A stretch of 64,000 nucleotides of DNA from an uncultured bacterium. Its GTDB lineage: Bacteria > Krumholzibacteriota > Krumholzibacteriia > LZORAL124-64-63. The DNA lies in the NCBI GenBank assembly GCA_963732385.1, contig CAVSZB010000007.1, forward strand, positions 64,001 to 128,000, in the 5' to 3' direction. The translations under genes were made by a program, and so were the position numbers. The notes beneath the pieces were generated by a model. The model saw nothing but the letters and a program-made list of their open reading frames with translations. It was not told the origin of the DNA and did not search any database. Of this stretch, positions 36,020 to 45,803 are shown piece after piece. The first letter of the stretch is position 1, and each line of letters starts with the position of its first letter.

Positions 36020-36697
36020 GTGTTCACCGGCCTGGTGCGCGAGATCGGCACGCTGCGCGCGGCGACGCGCCGGGGCGGGGTCACGCGCCTGATCGTGGCG
36101 GCGCCCGGCTGCGCGCCGCGGCTGGCGCCCGGCGACAGCCTGGCGGTCAACGGGATCTGCCTGACGGTGGCGGCGCGGCGCGGCCCGCTGGTCACCCTCG
36201 AGGCGGTGGCGGAGACGCGTCGGGTCACCACCCTGGGGGAATGGCGCGCCGGCCGCCGGGTCCATCTCGAGCCGGCCCTGCGCGCCGGCGAGGGGCTCGA
36301 CGGGCACTTCGTGCAGGGGCACGTGGACGGGACCGGACGGGTCGTGGCGCACGAGCGACGTTCCGGGGCCTGGCTTCTCACGGTGGCGCTGCCGGTCGTG
36401 CTGGCGCGCGAACTCGTGCCCAAGGGGGCGATCGCCGTGGACGGCGTCAGCCTCACGCTCGACGACCGGCCCCCGGGCGACCGTTTCACGGTGAGTCTCG
36501 TGCCGCGCACGCTGGCCGCCACCTGTCTGGGCGCCCTGCGTCCGGGCGATGCGGTGAACATCGAGCTGGATGCGCTGGCGCGGGCGGCCGCGCGCGCCGG
36601 CGTGGCCGGAGCGGGCGGGGAGCCTGGGCCTTCGCGCGCGGCGCTCACGCTGGCGGATCTGCTGTCGCGCGGTTTCGGCCGCGGAGGAGCGTCATGA
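36020..36697 (+). CDS. ribE: Riboflavin synthase (alpha chain)
   Basis: MFTGLV, SLAVNGICLTV, LDGHFVQGHVDG, KGAIAVDGVSLT, VNIELD. Confidence 0.96.
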   Translation: MFTGLVREIGTLRAATRRGGVTRLIVAAPGCAPRLAPGDSLAVNGICLTVAARRGPLVTLEAVAETRRVTTLGEWRAGRRVHLEPALRAGEGLDGHFVQGHVDGTGRVVAHERRSGAWLLTVALPVVLARELVPKGAIAVDGVSLTLDDRPPGDRFTVSLVPRTLAATCLGALRPGDAVNIELDALARAAARAGVAGAGGEPGPSRAALTLADLLSRGFGRGGAS

Positions 36698-37911
36698 CGG
36701 ACGAACCGGGATTCGACACGATCGAAGACGGCGTTGCGGCGCTGCGTCGGGGCGAAACCGTGATCGTCGTCGACGACCGCGATCGCGAGAACGAGGGCGA
36801 CTTCGTGCTGGCCGCCGAGCACGTGACCGCCGAGGCGGTCAATTTCATCACCAAGCACGGACGCGGGCTGCTCTGTCTCGCCGCCACCCGCGAACGGGTC
36901 GCCGCCCTGGAGCTGCAGCCGATGGTCGCGCGGAACACCGCCCCGCTCGGCACGTCGTTCACGGTGTCTGTGGACGCCGCGCGCGACGTCACGACCGGCA
37001 TTTCCGCGCAGGACCGCGCGCGCACGGTGCGGGTCTTCGTCGATCCGGCCACGCGGCCCGCCGACCTGGTGCGGCCCGGGCATGTCTTCCCGCTGGAGGC
37101 GCAGCCGGGCGGCGTGTTGCAGCGCGCCGGACACACCGAGGCGGTGGTTGACCTCTGCCGCATCGCGGGGCTGGCGCCGGCCGGGGTGCTCTGCGAGATC
37201 ATGGACGAGGACGGCAGCATGGCCCGTCTGCCGCGTCTGCGCGTACTGGCGGACCAGTTCGGCCTGCGGCTCGTCTGTATCGCGGACCTGATCGCGTACC
37301 GCCGCCGTCACGAGATCCTCGTGCGCCGCGAGACCGAAGTCGAACTGCCGACGCGCTGGGGCGATTTCCGCCTCGTCGCCTACAGCACCTCCGTGGACGA
37401 ATCGCTGCACCTGGCTTTGGTGCGCGGCACGCTCGTTCCCGAAACGCCTGCCCTGGTACGGGTGCACTCCGAATGTCTCACCGGCGACCTTTTCCACTCG
37501 CTTCGCTGCGATTGCGGCGAGCAGCTCGAGGCGGCGCTGGCGGCGATCGCGGAGCGCGGGCAGGGGGTGTTCCTGTACATGCGGCAGGAGGGGCGGGGGA
37601 TCGGCCTGCTCAACAAGCTGCGCGCCTACCGGTTGCAGGAAGAGGGGAGTGACACGGTCGAGGCGAACCACCGGCTCGGTTTCCCGGCCGATCTGCGCGA
37701 GTACGGGCTCGGAGCGCAGATCCTGGCCGATCTCGGCGTGCGTCGCATGGAGCTGATGACCAACAATCCGCGGAAGATCGTCGGCCTCGACAGCTACGGC
37801 CTCGAGGTGACGGGGCGCGTGGCGCTCGAGGTCCGTCCGAACGCGCGCAACCTGCGCTACCTGCAGACGAAGAAGGCCAGACTCGGCCATCTGCTCGAGC
37901 ATCTGGAGTGA
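36694..37911 (+). CDS. ribBA: Bifunctional DHBP synthase / GTP cyclohydrolase II
   Basis: DDRDRENEGD, RPGHVFPL, RAGHTEA, RVHSECLTGD..RCDCG, QEGRGIGL, TNNPRK; GGAGG SD. Confidence 0.98.
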   Translation: MTDEPGFDTIEDGVAALRRGETVIVVDDRDRENEGDFVLAAEHVTAEAVNFITKHGRGLLCLAATRERVAALELQPMVARNTAPLGTSFTVSVDAARDVTTGISAQDRARTVRVFVDPATRPADLVRPGHVFPLEAQPGGVLQRAGHTEAVVDLCRIAGLAPAGVLCEIMDEDGSMARLPRLRVLADQFGLRLVCIADLIAYRRRHEILVRRETEVELPTRWGDFRLVAYSTSVDESLHLALVRGTLVPETPALVRVHSECLTGDLFHSLRCDCGEQLEAALAAIAERGQGVFLYMRQEGRGIGLLNKLRAYRLQEEGSDTVEANHRLGFPADLREYGLGAQILADLGVRRMELMTNNPRKIVGLDSYGLEVTGRVALEVRPNARNLRYLQTKKARLGHLLEHLE

Positions 37912-37963
37912 CCGGCGCCGGCTCCGCCCCGGCGGGCGGCGGCGGCGCATTAAGGAGGAAGGG

Positions 37964-38443
37964 ATGGGCCAGACATTTCAGGGGCGTTTCGACGCCCGCG
38001 GTCGGCGGATCGCGCTGGTGGCGAGCCGGTTCAACGAGTTCTTCACGCGCGAGCTCCTCGCGGGGGCGCGCGACTGTCTCGATCGCCACGGGGTGCCCGA
38101 AGCGAATGTCGACAGCGTCTGGGTGCCGGGCAGTTTCGAGCTCCCGCTCGTGGCGCAGCGCCTCGCGCGCGGCGGCCGGTACGGGGCCGTGATCTGTCTC
38201 GGCTGCCTCGTGCAGGGCGACACGCCGCACTTCCAGCTCGTCGCCGCCGAGGTGACCAAGGGGATTGCGCAGATCGGCCTCGAAACCGGCGTGCCGGTGG
38301 TCTTCGGCGTGGTCACCGCCGAGACCCTGGAGCAGGCGATCGAGCGCTCCGGCACGAAAGCCGGCAACCGCGGCTTCGACGCGGCGCTTTCGGCCCTTGA
38401 GCTGATCGATCTGCTGGCGCAGGTCGACGGCGCGGAAGGCTAG
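37964..38443 (+). CDS. ribH: 6,7-dimethyl-8-ribityllumazine synthase
   Basis: SRFN, VPGSFELP, GDTPHF, PVVFGVVT, QAIERSGTKAGNRG. Confidence 0.97.
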   Translation: MGQTFQGRFDARGRRIALVASRFNEFFTRELLAGARDCLDRHGVPEANVDSVWVPGSFELPLVAQRLARGGRYGAVICLGCLVQGDTPHFQLVAAEVTKGIAQIGLETGVPVVFGVVTAETLEQAIERSGTKAGNRGFDAALSALELIDLLAQVDGAEG

Positions 38444-38446
38444 GGG

Positions 38447-38926
38447 ATGGGCCGACGCCGCAAGGGGCGCGAGATCCTCGTGCAGGCCCTCTATGCCTCT
38501 GACGTGGGCGGATTTCCGCTGGCGCACACGCTTGACGATCAGCTGGCGCGGCGGGAGGGAGCCGACGAGACCAACTCCTTCGCCCGCGCCCTTGCTGACC
38601 AGGTCACGGTGCGCCTGCCGGTCGTCGACGCCTGGCTCGCCTCGCTGCTTGAGAACTGGGACCCGGCGCGCGTCGGCCACGTCGAACGCGCCATCCTGCG
38701 ACTCTCGCTGACCGAACTGGGGTGGTGCCCCGAGGTGCCGCAGGCGGTGGCGATCAACGAGGCCTGCGAACTGGCCCGGCTGTTCGCCGACGAGCAGGCG
38801 GTGGCCTTCGTCAACGGCATTCTCGACCGCGCGGCGCGGCAGATCATCGACGGGACGTATCCTCCGCGCGCCGTCGCACCGGATGTCGTCGCGCCGGAGG
38901 CCGGGCCGGAGGAGGCGCCGCGGTGA
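38447..38926 (+). CDS. nusB: Transcription antitermination factor NusB
   Basis: RRKGREILVQALY, VERAILRL, VAINEACELA, FVNGILD; follows ribH. Confidence 0.95.
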   Translation: MGRRRKGREILVQALYASDVGGFPLAHTLDDQLARREGADETNSFARALADQVTVRLPVVDAWLASLLENWDPARVGHVERAILRLSLTELGWCPEVPQAVAINEACELARLFADEQAVAFVNGILDRAARQIIDGTYPPRAVAPDVVAPEAGPEEAPR

Positions 38927-39705
38927 GATCCTCCACCCGTGCGCACTGGCAGACCTTCTGGGAGCAGGCCGACTCCCTCTCCCTCGCCGATGTCTACGAC
39001 AACGACGGCCGGATCGTGCGGGAGATCCTCGCGGCGGGCGATGCGGCGGGCCGCCGCATGCTCGAGGTGGGGGCCGGCAGCGGCCGCGACGCGGTGGCGC
39101 TGGCCCTGGCCGGCGCCGATGTGGTCACGATCGACTACGCCGTCGGTTCGCTCGCGCTCACGGCGGAGGCGGCGGCCCGGGCCGGCGCGCGCGTGGGAGC
39201 GGTGGGCGGTGACGCCCTCGCGCTGCCGTTCGCCGACGGCACCTTCGATGTCGTCTTCCACCAGGGTCTGCTCGAACACTTCCGCGATCCGGGCCCGTTG
39301 CTGGCCGAGAACCGGCGCGTGCTGCGGCCGGGCGGAGTGCTGGTCGTTGACGTGCCGCAGAAATGGCACTACTACACCGCCGGCAAGCAGCTCCTGATCG
39401 CGGCCGGCCGCTGGTTCGCCGGCTGGGAGACGCAGTTCACGCCGCGGGAGCTCGAACAGGTCGTCGCCCGGCAGGGGCTGAGCGTCGAGAGGACCTACGG
39501 GGACTGGATGGTGCCGGGGCTGTGGTACCGCGCGCTGCGCAAGATCCTCTTGACGCGCCTCGGGCTGCGGCTTCCCATGTATCCCGATCCGCTGCCGCCT
39601 TTTTCGCGTCTCGCCGCCGCCGCGCGCCGGCGGTGGCGGGACCGCCGGGTGGCTCTCTATACGATGATGACCATCGGCGTCGTGGCCCGTCGGCCGCGGG
39701 CGTGA
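38923..39705 (+). CDS. Class I SAM-dependent methyltransferase
   Basis: LEVGAGSG, GDALALPFADGTFDVV, LEHF, RVLRPGG; GTG overlaps the nusB stop. Confidence 0.88.
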   Translation: MRSSTRAHWQTFWEQADSLSLADVYDNDGRIVREILAAGDAAGRRMLEVGAGSGRDAVALALAGADVVTIDYAVGSLALTAEAAARAGARVGAVGGDALALPFADGTFDVVFHQGLLEHFRDPGPLLAENRRVLRPGGVLVVDVPQKWHYYTAGKQLLIAAGRWFAGWETQFTPRELEQVVARQGLSVERTYGDWMVPGLWYRALRKILLTRLGLRLPMYPDPLPPFSRLAAAARRRWRDRRVALYTMMTIGVVARRPRA

Positions 39706-39717
39706 CCAGCGCCGGAG

Positions 39718-40884
39718 GTGCTCCCCCTGAGGATCCTGGCCGTCAATTGGCGTGATATCGGCGACCCTCTCGGTGGCGGCGCCGAGATCCACCTGCACGA
39801 GATCCTCCGGCGCGCGGTGGTCGCGGGCCACACGGTCGATCTGGTCGTGTCGGCCTGGCCCGGCGCGGCGGCCGAGGAGACCGTCGATGGCGTGCGCGTG
39901 ATCCGCCGCGGCGACTGGCGGGTCGCCAACTGGATGCTGCCCGGCGTGGTCCGCCGCCTGCTGCGCGAGCGGCGCTATGATCTGCTGGTCGAGGACATCA
40001 ACAAGATCCCTTTCTTCACGCCGCTCTACGCGGGCGGAGTACCGGTCGTGGCGGTCGTGCCGCATCTGTTCGGCGGCACGGTCTTCCGCGAAGCGAATCC
40101 CGCCGTGGCCGTCTACGTCTGGGCCGCCGAGCGGGCCATTCCCGCGGTCTACCGCGGCGTCGATTTCGAGGTCATCAGCCCCTCCACCCGCGACGACCTG
40201 GTGGCGCGTGGGCTCGACGCGGCGCGGGTCACGACGATCTTCTGCGGGCTCGACCACGCCCGCCTGCGACTGGACGCGCCGCCGCCGCGCGACCCCGGTC
40301 CGCTGCTCGTCACCTGGAGCCGTCTGCGGCGCTACAAGAGTGTGGATGTGGCGCTGCGGGCCTTCGCGCTGGTGGCGCGGGAACTGCCGGAGGCGCGTCT
40401 GCTCGTCATCGGGCGCGGACCCGACGAACCCCGGCTGCGGCGGCTCGCCGCCGGCCTCGGCCTGGGCGAGCGGGTCGCCTTCCCCGGGCACCTGGCGCAG
40501 CCGGATCTGGTGCGGACGCTGCACCGCGCGCGCGTCTGCCTCAATCCGAGCCCCAAGGAGGGGTGGGGCCTGACGGTCGTCGAAGCCAACGCCTGCGGGC
40601 TGCCGGTCGTGGCGAGCGCGCGGCCCGGTCTGCGCGATTCGGTGCGTGACGGCGAGACCGGCCTGCTCGCGCCGTACGGCGATGCCGCGGCGTTCGCTGC
40701 CGCGGCCCTGCGGCTGCTGCGCGAGCCGGAGTTGTGGGCGCGCCAGAGCGCCGCGGCGCGCGCCTGGGCGGCTACGTTCAGTTGGGAGCGCTGCGCGCGG
40801 GAGTCGCTCGACCTGTTCGCCCAGGCACGGGAGCGGCAACTCGCCGGGCGTGGCGGGCGGTTGCGGACCGGGGGCGGGGCATGA
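39718..40884 (+). CDS. Glycosyltransferase family 4
   Basis: NWRDI..GGAE, RLRRYK, KEGWGLTVVEANACGLPVV, GLRDSVRDGETG. Confidence 0.92.
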   Translation: MLPLRILAVNWRDIGDPLGGGAEIHLHEILRRAVVAGHTVDLVVSAWPGAAAEETVDGVRVIRRGDWRVANWMLPGVVRRLLRERRYDLLVEDINKIPFFTPLYAGGVPVVAVVPHLFGGTVFREANPAVAVYVWAAERAIPAVYRGVDFEVISPSTRDDLVARGLDAARVTTIFCGLDHARLRLDAPPPRDPGPLLVTWSRLRRYKSVDVALRAFALVARELPEARLLVIGRGPDEPRLRRLAAGLGLGERVAFPGHLAQPDLVRTLHRARVCLNPSPKEGWGLTVVEANACGLPVVASARPGLRDSVRDGETGLLAPYGDAAAFAAAALRLLREPELWARQSAAARAWAATFSWERCARESLDLFAQARERQLAGRGGRLRTGGGA

Positions 40885-41861
40885 GCGCGGCGCGGCGCTG
40901 GTGGGAACTGGCGGCCAAGCTGGCGCTCAGCGCCCTGCTGCTGGCCTGGCTGTTCTCCAGCCACCTCTCGGTCACGGAGATCCGGGGCGCGCTCGCCGCG
41001 CCCCGCTGGTCGTGGCTGCTGGGCGCGCTCGTCGTCTACGGTCTCTCGACGCTGGGCGGCACGCTGCAGTGGCTGTGGATCCTGCGGGCGGCCGGGGTGA
41101 CGGCGTCGGCCGGCGAGTTGCATCGTCTCTACCAGGTGGGGCTTTTCTTCAACAATTTCCTTCCCGCCAACGTTGGCGGAGACGCCGTCAAGATCTTCGA
41201 CCTCGGCCGGCAGGAGGGCCGCCCGCTGAAGATCTTCTGCGCGACCGTTCTCGACCGCCTCATCGGCCTGACCGGTCTGACCCTGCTCGCCCTTGCGGCG
41301 GTCGCGCTGATCGCCGCGCGGACCGCCGCGTTGCCGACGGTCTACCCGCTGCTCCTGGCGCTGCTGGCCTGGCTCGCCCTGCTGGCGCTGATGCTGTCGC
41401 GGCGGGTCTCGTCGCGACTGCCGCGTCTGCTGCGGCGTCTGCGCGCCGCCGCCGCCGCCGCCCGCGTGGAGGAGGCGCTGGGCGAGTTCGCGCTCTACCG
41501 GCCGCGGCTGCGCTGGTTCCTGGGGGTGCTCACCTTCTCGGTGGTCGTGCAGGCCTTGCGCGTGGCCACCCACCTGCTGGCGGCCGCCGGCCTGGGTCTG
41601 GCTCTGACCGGCCTGCAGTCGCTCCAGCTGTTCGTGCTCGTGCCGCTGCTCGGCATCCTGGTCGCGCTGCCGGTCTCGATCAACGGGATCGGCCTGCGCG
41701 AATCGTTTACCGCCCTCCTGTTCACGAGCGCCGGTCTTGGGCGCGCTCCCGCCGTGGCGATGGAATTGATCGCTTTCCTCGTCCAGGTCGCCTGGAGTCT
41801 GGTCGGCGGTGCCCTGTTCCTGCTGGGCCGGCGCCGGGCGCGAGCGATGGACGAGATTTGA
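40881..41861 (+). CDS. Flippase-like (LPG synthase TM / UPF0104) membrane protein
   Basis: GLFFNNFLPANVGGD, LDRLIGL, LPVSINGIGLRE; polytopic. Confidence 0.87.
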   Translation: MSAARRWWELAAKLALSALLLAWLFSSHLSVTEIRGALAAPRWSWLLGALVVYGLSTLGGTLQWLWILRAAGVTASAGELHRLYQVGLFFNNFLPANVGGDAVKIFDLGRQEGRPLKIFCATVLDRLIGLTGLTLLALAAVALIAARTAALPTVYPLLLALLAWLALLALMLSRRVSSRLPRLLRRLRAAAAAARVEEALGEFALYRPRLRWFLGVLTFSVVVQALRVATHLLAAAGLGLALTGLQSLQLFVLVPLLGILVALPVSINGIGLRESFTALLFTSAGLGRAPAVAMELIAFLVQVAWSLVGGALFLLGRRRARAMDEI

Positions 41862-41908
41862 GCGCTCCCAGGACGGGGGACCGTCCGGGAACCGTCCGGG
41901 CGTCGGGG

Positions 41909-41937
41909 TTGTTGGCTATTGGTTGATGTGGTAGATT
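41909..41937 (+). promoter_or_regulatory. Possible promoter of the DUF2723 operon
   Basis: TTGTTG-17 nt-TAGATT with extended -10 TG, in a T-rich intergenic patch. Confidence 0.35.
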
Positions 41938-42030
41938 GCGCCGCGGCGGGCGGGTCCGCCGAAGCGGGGCGCCGGGGCGCCGGGGCCGGGCCCTGGGGCA
42001 TGCGGATCGAGCCGGGCGAAGGGAGCGGGT

Positions 42031-44757
42031 TTGCGCAAGGACTGGATGCGGCAGCCCGGGGCGTGGAGCGCCCTGGGTGTTTTCGTGCTGGCTCTGGTGG
42101 TCTATGTCCGGACCATGGCGCCGAACCTCAGTTTCTGGGACTGCGGCGAATACATCACCTGCTGCCATATCCTGGGCATACCGCACCAGCCCGGCACACC
42201 GCTCTATGTGCTGATGGGGCGCGTCTTCGACATCCTGCTCTTCTTCTTCTCGACGGCGCGGGCCGTGAATTTCATGTCGGCGTTCTTCAGCGCGCTCGGG
42301 GTGATGTTCACCTATCTGGTGATCGCCGACCTGGCGCGTCGCGCCGATCCCGATAGTGGCTGGCTGGCGCAGGCCGGCGGCGTGATCGGCGCCCTCTTCC
42401 TGCTGTTCAGCGACACCTACTGGAACAACGCCGTCGAGGCCGAGGTGTACGGGCTGGCGGCCTTCATGGTGGCCTTGCTCGCCTGGCTCGGCCTGCGCTG
42501 GTACGACGCGCGGCGCGAGGCGCATGGCGACGGCATCCTGTACCTGATCTTCTACCTGCTGGGGCTGGGGGTCGGCTTCCACCTCGGCGCGCTGCTGGTC
42601 TATCCCGCGATCTTCATTCTGGTGGTGCTGTCGCGCGACCGCAGGTTGTCCCTGCCCGACCTGATGATCGCCAGCGCCGGGCTCGCGCTCTTCCTGCTCT
42701 CGACGATGCTCAAGAGCAGCGGCACCCTGCTCCTGCTGCTCGGCGTCTACACCGTTCTGGTGGCCGCGCGCGCACTGGCCGGTCGCCGCTTCGCGCTGAT
42801 CGGATCGGGACTGTTCGTGCTCGGACTGTCGGTGCATCTGTACATGCTGATCCGCGCCGGCCAGCACCCGGCGATCAACCAGTCGCAGCCCGACAATTTC
42901 GGCACGCTGATGTCGGTCCTGCGCCGCGAGCAGTACCCGCCGATCGACCCGTTCCAGCGGCAGGCGCCGCTGTGGAGCTGGCAGTTCCCCTACTACTATG
43001 AGTTCCTGCTGCGGCAGTTCTCGTTTTTGGGAGACGGCCGCGGCGCGCTCGCGCGGATCGGCATCTTCGTCGGTCCGATCTTCCTGGGGCTGCTCGGCAT
43101 TTTCCACGGTCTGCGGCGCGCCCGGCCCTGGATCTGGATGCTGCTCGCCGGCTATCTCATCAACGCCGAAGGCCTGACGCTCTATCTGAATTTCAGCAAC
43201 CACGAGGTCCGCGAGCGCGACTACTTCTATTCGACCGGGTTCATGTTCGCGGCCATGCTGATCGGACTGGGCGCGGCCGCGCTGCTGCGCTATGCGGCCG
43301 GCCCCGAGGGAAAATCGGCGCGGCAACTGGCGGCGGGAAAGCGCGTGGACGCGGTGCGCGCCGGTCTCCTGGCGAAAATCGCCGCCGGGCTGCTGATCGT
43401 CATCGCCGCGCTGCCGCTGCTCGTGCCGGGACATCCGAAGTGGGTCCAGCACGACCGTTCGCGCAACTCGATCCCCCGGGAGTACGCCTGGAACATGCTC
43501 GCCGGCCTCGACCGCAACGCGATCATCTTCACCAACGGGGACAACGACACCTTCCCGATCTGGTACCTGCAGGAGGTCGAGAAGTTTCGCCGGGATGTCA
43601 CGGTGCTGAACCTCAGTCTCGTGAATCTCCCCTGGTACGTTAAGCAGATGCGGCAGCGCGATCCCGACCTGCCGCTCTCCTACACCGATCAGCAGATCGA
43701 CCAGCTCGAGGCCCGCATCTACGAGAATCCCAGCACGGGCGAGCAGCAGATCCTGTATGTCCGCGACTACATCGTGCACGACGTCCTGACCGCGAACCGG
43801 AAGCGCCCCTCGCCGCGGCCCGCCTTCTTCGCGGTGACGATTCCCAAAGAGAACATGGATCTCTACTTCCCCTACCTGAAGATGGAGGGGCTGATGTTTC
43901 GGCTGATGCCCGACAAGCAGCCGGGGGGGGAACCGGGCGTGGACGGCGAGCGCACGCTGCAGAATCTGCTCGGCGTATACGACTACCGGGCGCTGCTGAC
44001 GGGCGACTCCGCGGCGCGCAGACGGCTGTTCGCAGACACGGCCGGCGCGTCGCCCGCTGCGAGCGATGCGGGCGCGCCGGTGCGGCTGGCGGGCGTGGCG
44101 GGAGCGCGGTTGGATTTCGAACCGCTGGTGGCCCTGCTCGGCGAGAAGCGGCGCGATGTCTGGCGCGACCAGAACACGACGAACCTGCTGGGCAACTACC
44201 CGGCGGCGGCCGTGCGCGCCGGGTATGGCTATCTGCTCGAAGCGCAGGCGGAATCGGTCGCCGACACGGTGCTGTACGACCATCTCATCGATCGCTCCCT
44301 GTCCGCCTTCGAACTGGCGCGACGCTTCGACCCGTTCTTCCCCACGGTCGGGGATTTCTATCCGCTGTTGCTGGTGGAGAAGGGCCGCAGCGGGGAGGCG
44401 CTGGCGTTCCTCGATGAGTATCTGGTGTCGGTCGGACCGGGCCGGAGGGTGCGTCCGGAGGAGGCCGAGGAGTTGCTCAACAAGACGATGATAGCGATGG
44501 CCAGCAGCGGGCGGTCGGGGGCGGCCACCACCTACCTCGAAAACCGGATCACGGCCGCGCCGCGCGATCCGATCGCCTACCGCGTGCTGTTCAACGTGCA
44601 GCGGGTGAGCGGCGACATTCCGACGGCGCGGCGGATCCTCGAGCGCTGGCGGGCCGCCAGCGGGCAGGGAGATGCCGAAATGGAGCGGGTCCTGCAACGG
44701 CTCGACGTCACCGGTTCCCCGGCGGCGCCTCCGGATACACAAGGGGATGAGCAATGA
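42031..44757 (+). CDS. DUF2723 (TMEM260-like) GT-C membrane glycosyltransferase with C-terminal TPR-like helices
   Basis: YVRTMAPNLSFWDCGEY, GIPHQPGTPLY, EAEVYG, REQY, RERDYFY, IFTNGDNDTFPIWYLQEVE; start could also be the ATG at 42046. Confidence 0.9.
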   Translation: MRKDWMRQPGAWSALGVFVLALVVYVRTMAPNLSFWDCGEYITCCHILGIPHQPGTPLYVLMGRVFDILLFFFSTARAVNFMSAFFSALGVMFTYLVIADLARRADPDSGWLAQAGGVIGALFLLFSDTYWNNAVEAEVYGLAAFMVALLAWLGLRWYDARREAHGDGILYLIFYLLGLGVGFHLGALLVYPAIFILVVLSRDRRLSLPDLMIASAGLALFLLSTMLKSSGTLLLLLGVYTVLVAARALAGRRFALIGSGLFVLGLSVHLYMLIRAGQHPAINQSQPDNFGTLMSVLRREQYPPIDPFQRQAPLWSWQFPYYYEFLLRQFSFLGDGRGALARIGIFVGPIFLGLLGIFHGLRRARPWIWMLLAGYLINAEGLTLYLNFSNHEVRERDYFYSTGFMFAAMLIGLGAAALLRYAAGPEGKSARQLAAGKRVDAVRAGLLAKIAAGLLIVIAALPLLVPGHPKWVQHDRSRNSIPREYAWNMLAGLDRNAIIFTNGDNDTFPIWYLQEVEKFRRDVTVLNLSLVNLPWYVKQMRQRDPDLPLSYTDQQIDQLEARIYENPSTGEQQILYVRDYIVHDVLTANRKRPSPRPAFFAVTIPKENMDLYFPYLKMEGLMFRLMPDKQPGGEPGVDGERTLQNLLGVYDYRALLTGDSAARRRLFADTAGASPAASDAGAPVRLAGVAGARLDFEPLVALLGEKRRDVWRDQNTTNLLGNYPAAAVRAGYGYLLEAQAESVADTVLYDHLIDRSLSAFELARRFDPFFPTVGDFYPLLLVEKGRSGEALAFLDEYLVSVGPGRRVRPEEAEELLNKTMIAMASSGRSGAATTYLENRITAAPRDPIAYRVLFNVQRVSGDIPTARRILERWRAASGQGDAEMERVLQRLDVTGSPAAPPDTQGDEQ

Positions 44758-45803
44758 CCGGTACGGAGCTTCAGGAGCTGGTCTCATCCCTGCCCGACGG
44801 TGTGCCGCCTGCGGTAGGGCGGGGGCGGCGCGTGGTCGTGACCGGCTGCGCCGGTTTCATCGGCAGCCACCTCACGGAGGCGCTGCTGCACCTCGGATGC
44901 GAGGTCGTCGGCGTCGATGCGCTGACCGACTACTACGACCCGGCCTTCAAGCGGGAGAACCTGGCCGGCGCCCTGGCCCATCCCGGCTTCCGCTTCGTGG
45001 AGGCGGACCTGCTCGCACTCGACGCGGTCGAGTTGTTGTCCGGCGCCGCGGCCTGTTTCCACCTGGCCGCCCAGGCGGGGGTACGCGCGAGCTGGGGGCG
45101 CCACTTCACGGAGTATCTGGCCCGTAACATCCTGGCCACCCAGCATCTGCTCGAGGCGTGCCTCGATCCGGCGGTGCGCAACGGCCTGACGCGCTTCGTC
45201 TACTCGAGCTCGAGTTCAGTCTACGGCGAGCGCGCCGCTCTGCCGGTCACCGAGCAGGCGCTGCCCCAGCCGCACTCGCCGTACGGGGTGACCAAGCTGG
45301 CGGCCGAGCACCTCTGCCTGCTCTACTCCGCGAACGCCGGCGTGCCGACGAGCAGTCTGCGCTATTTCACGGTGTACGGCCCCCGTCAGCGACCCGATAT
45401 GGCGTTCCGCAAGTTCGTCGACGCGGCGCTCGACGACGGATCGTTCGCCATGTACGGCGATGGGCGCCAGACGCGCGATTTCACCTACGTGGCGGACGCC
45501 GTGCGCGCCAACCTGCTGGCCACCGCCGCGCCGGGTGTGGGGGATGTGTTCAATGTCGGCGGCGGCGCCCGCATCTCCCTGGCCGAGGCGCTCGAGCGGT
45601 TGACCGCCCTGCTGATGCCGCTGCCGGACGGGCGGACGCCGCAGATCGAGCGACATCCGGCGGCGCGCGGCGATGTCCGCGATACCTTCGCCGACCGCAC
45701 CCACGTCGAGCGGACGATCGGCTACCGCCCGACCGTGCCGTTCGACGAGGGGCTCGCGCGCCTGGTCGCGTGGGCGCGGGGCAGGAGGACGACTCGTGGC
45801 TGA
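44754..45803 (+). CDS. NAD-dependent nucleotide-sugar epimerase (UDP-glucuronate 4-epimerase-like)
   Basis: TGCAGFIGSH, HLAAQAGVR, SSSSVYG, YGVTK, RYFTVYGPRQRPDMA, RDFTYV. Confidence 0.92.
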   Translation: MTGTELQELVSSLPDGVPPAVGRGRRVVVTGCAGFIGSHLTEALLHLGCEVVGVDALTDYYDPAFKRENLAGALAHPGFRFVEADLLALDAVELLSGAAACFHLAAQAGVRASWGRHFTEYLARNILATQHLLEACLDPAVRNGLTRFVYSSSSSVYGERAALPVTEQALPQPHSPYGVTKLAAEHLCLLYSANAGVPTSSLRYFTVYGPRQRPDMAFRKFVDAALDDGSFAMYGDGRQTRDFTYVADAVRANLLATAAPGVGDVFNVGGGARISLAEALERLTALLMPLPDGRTPQIERHPAARGDVRDTFADRTHVERTIGYRPTVPFDEGLARLVAWARGRRTTRG

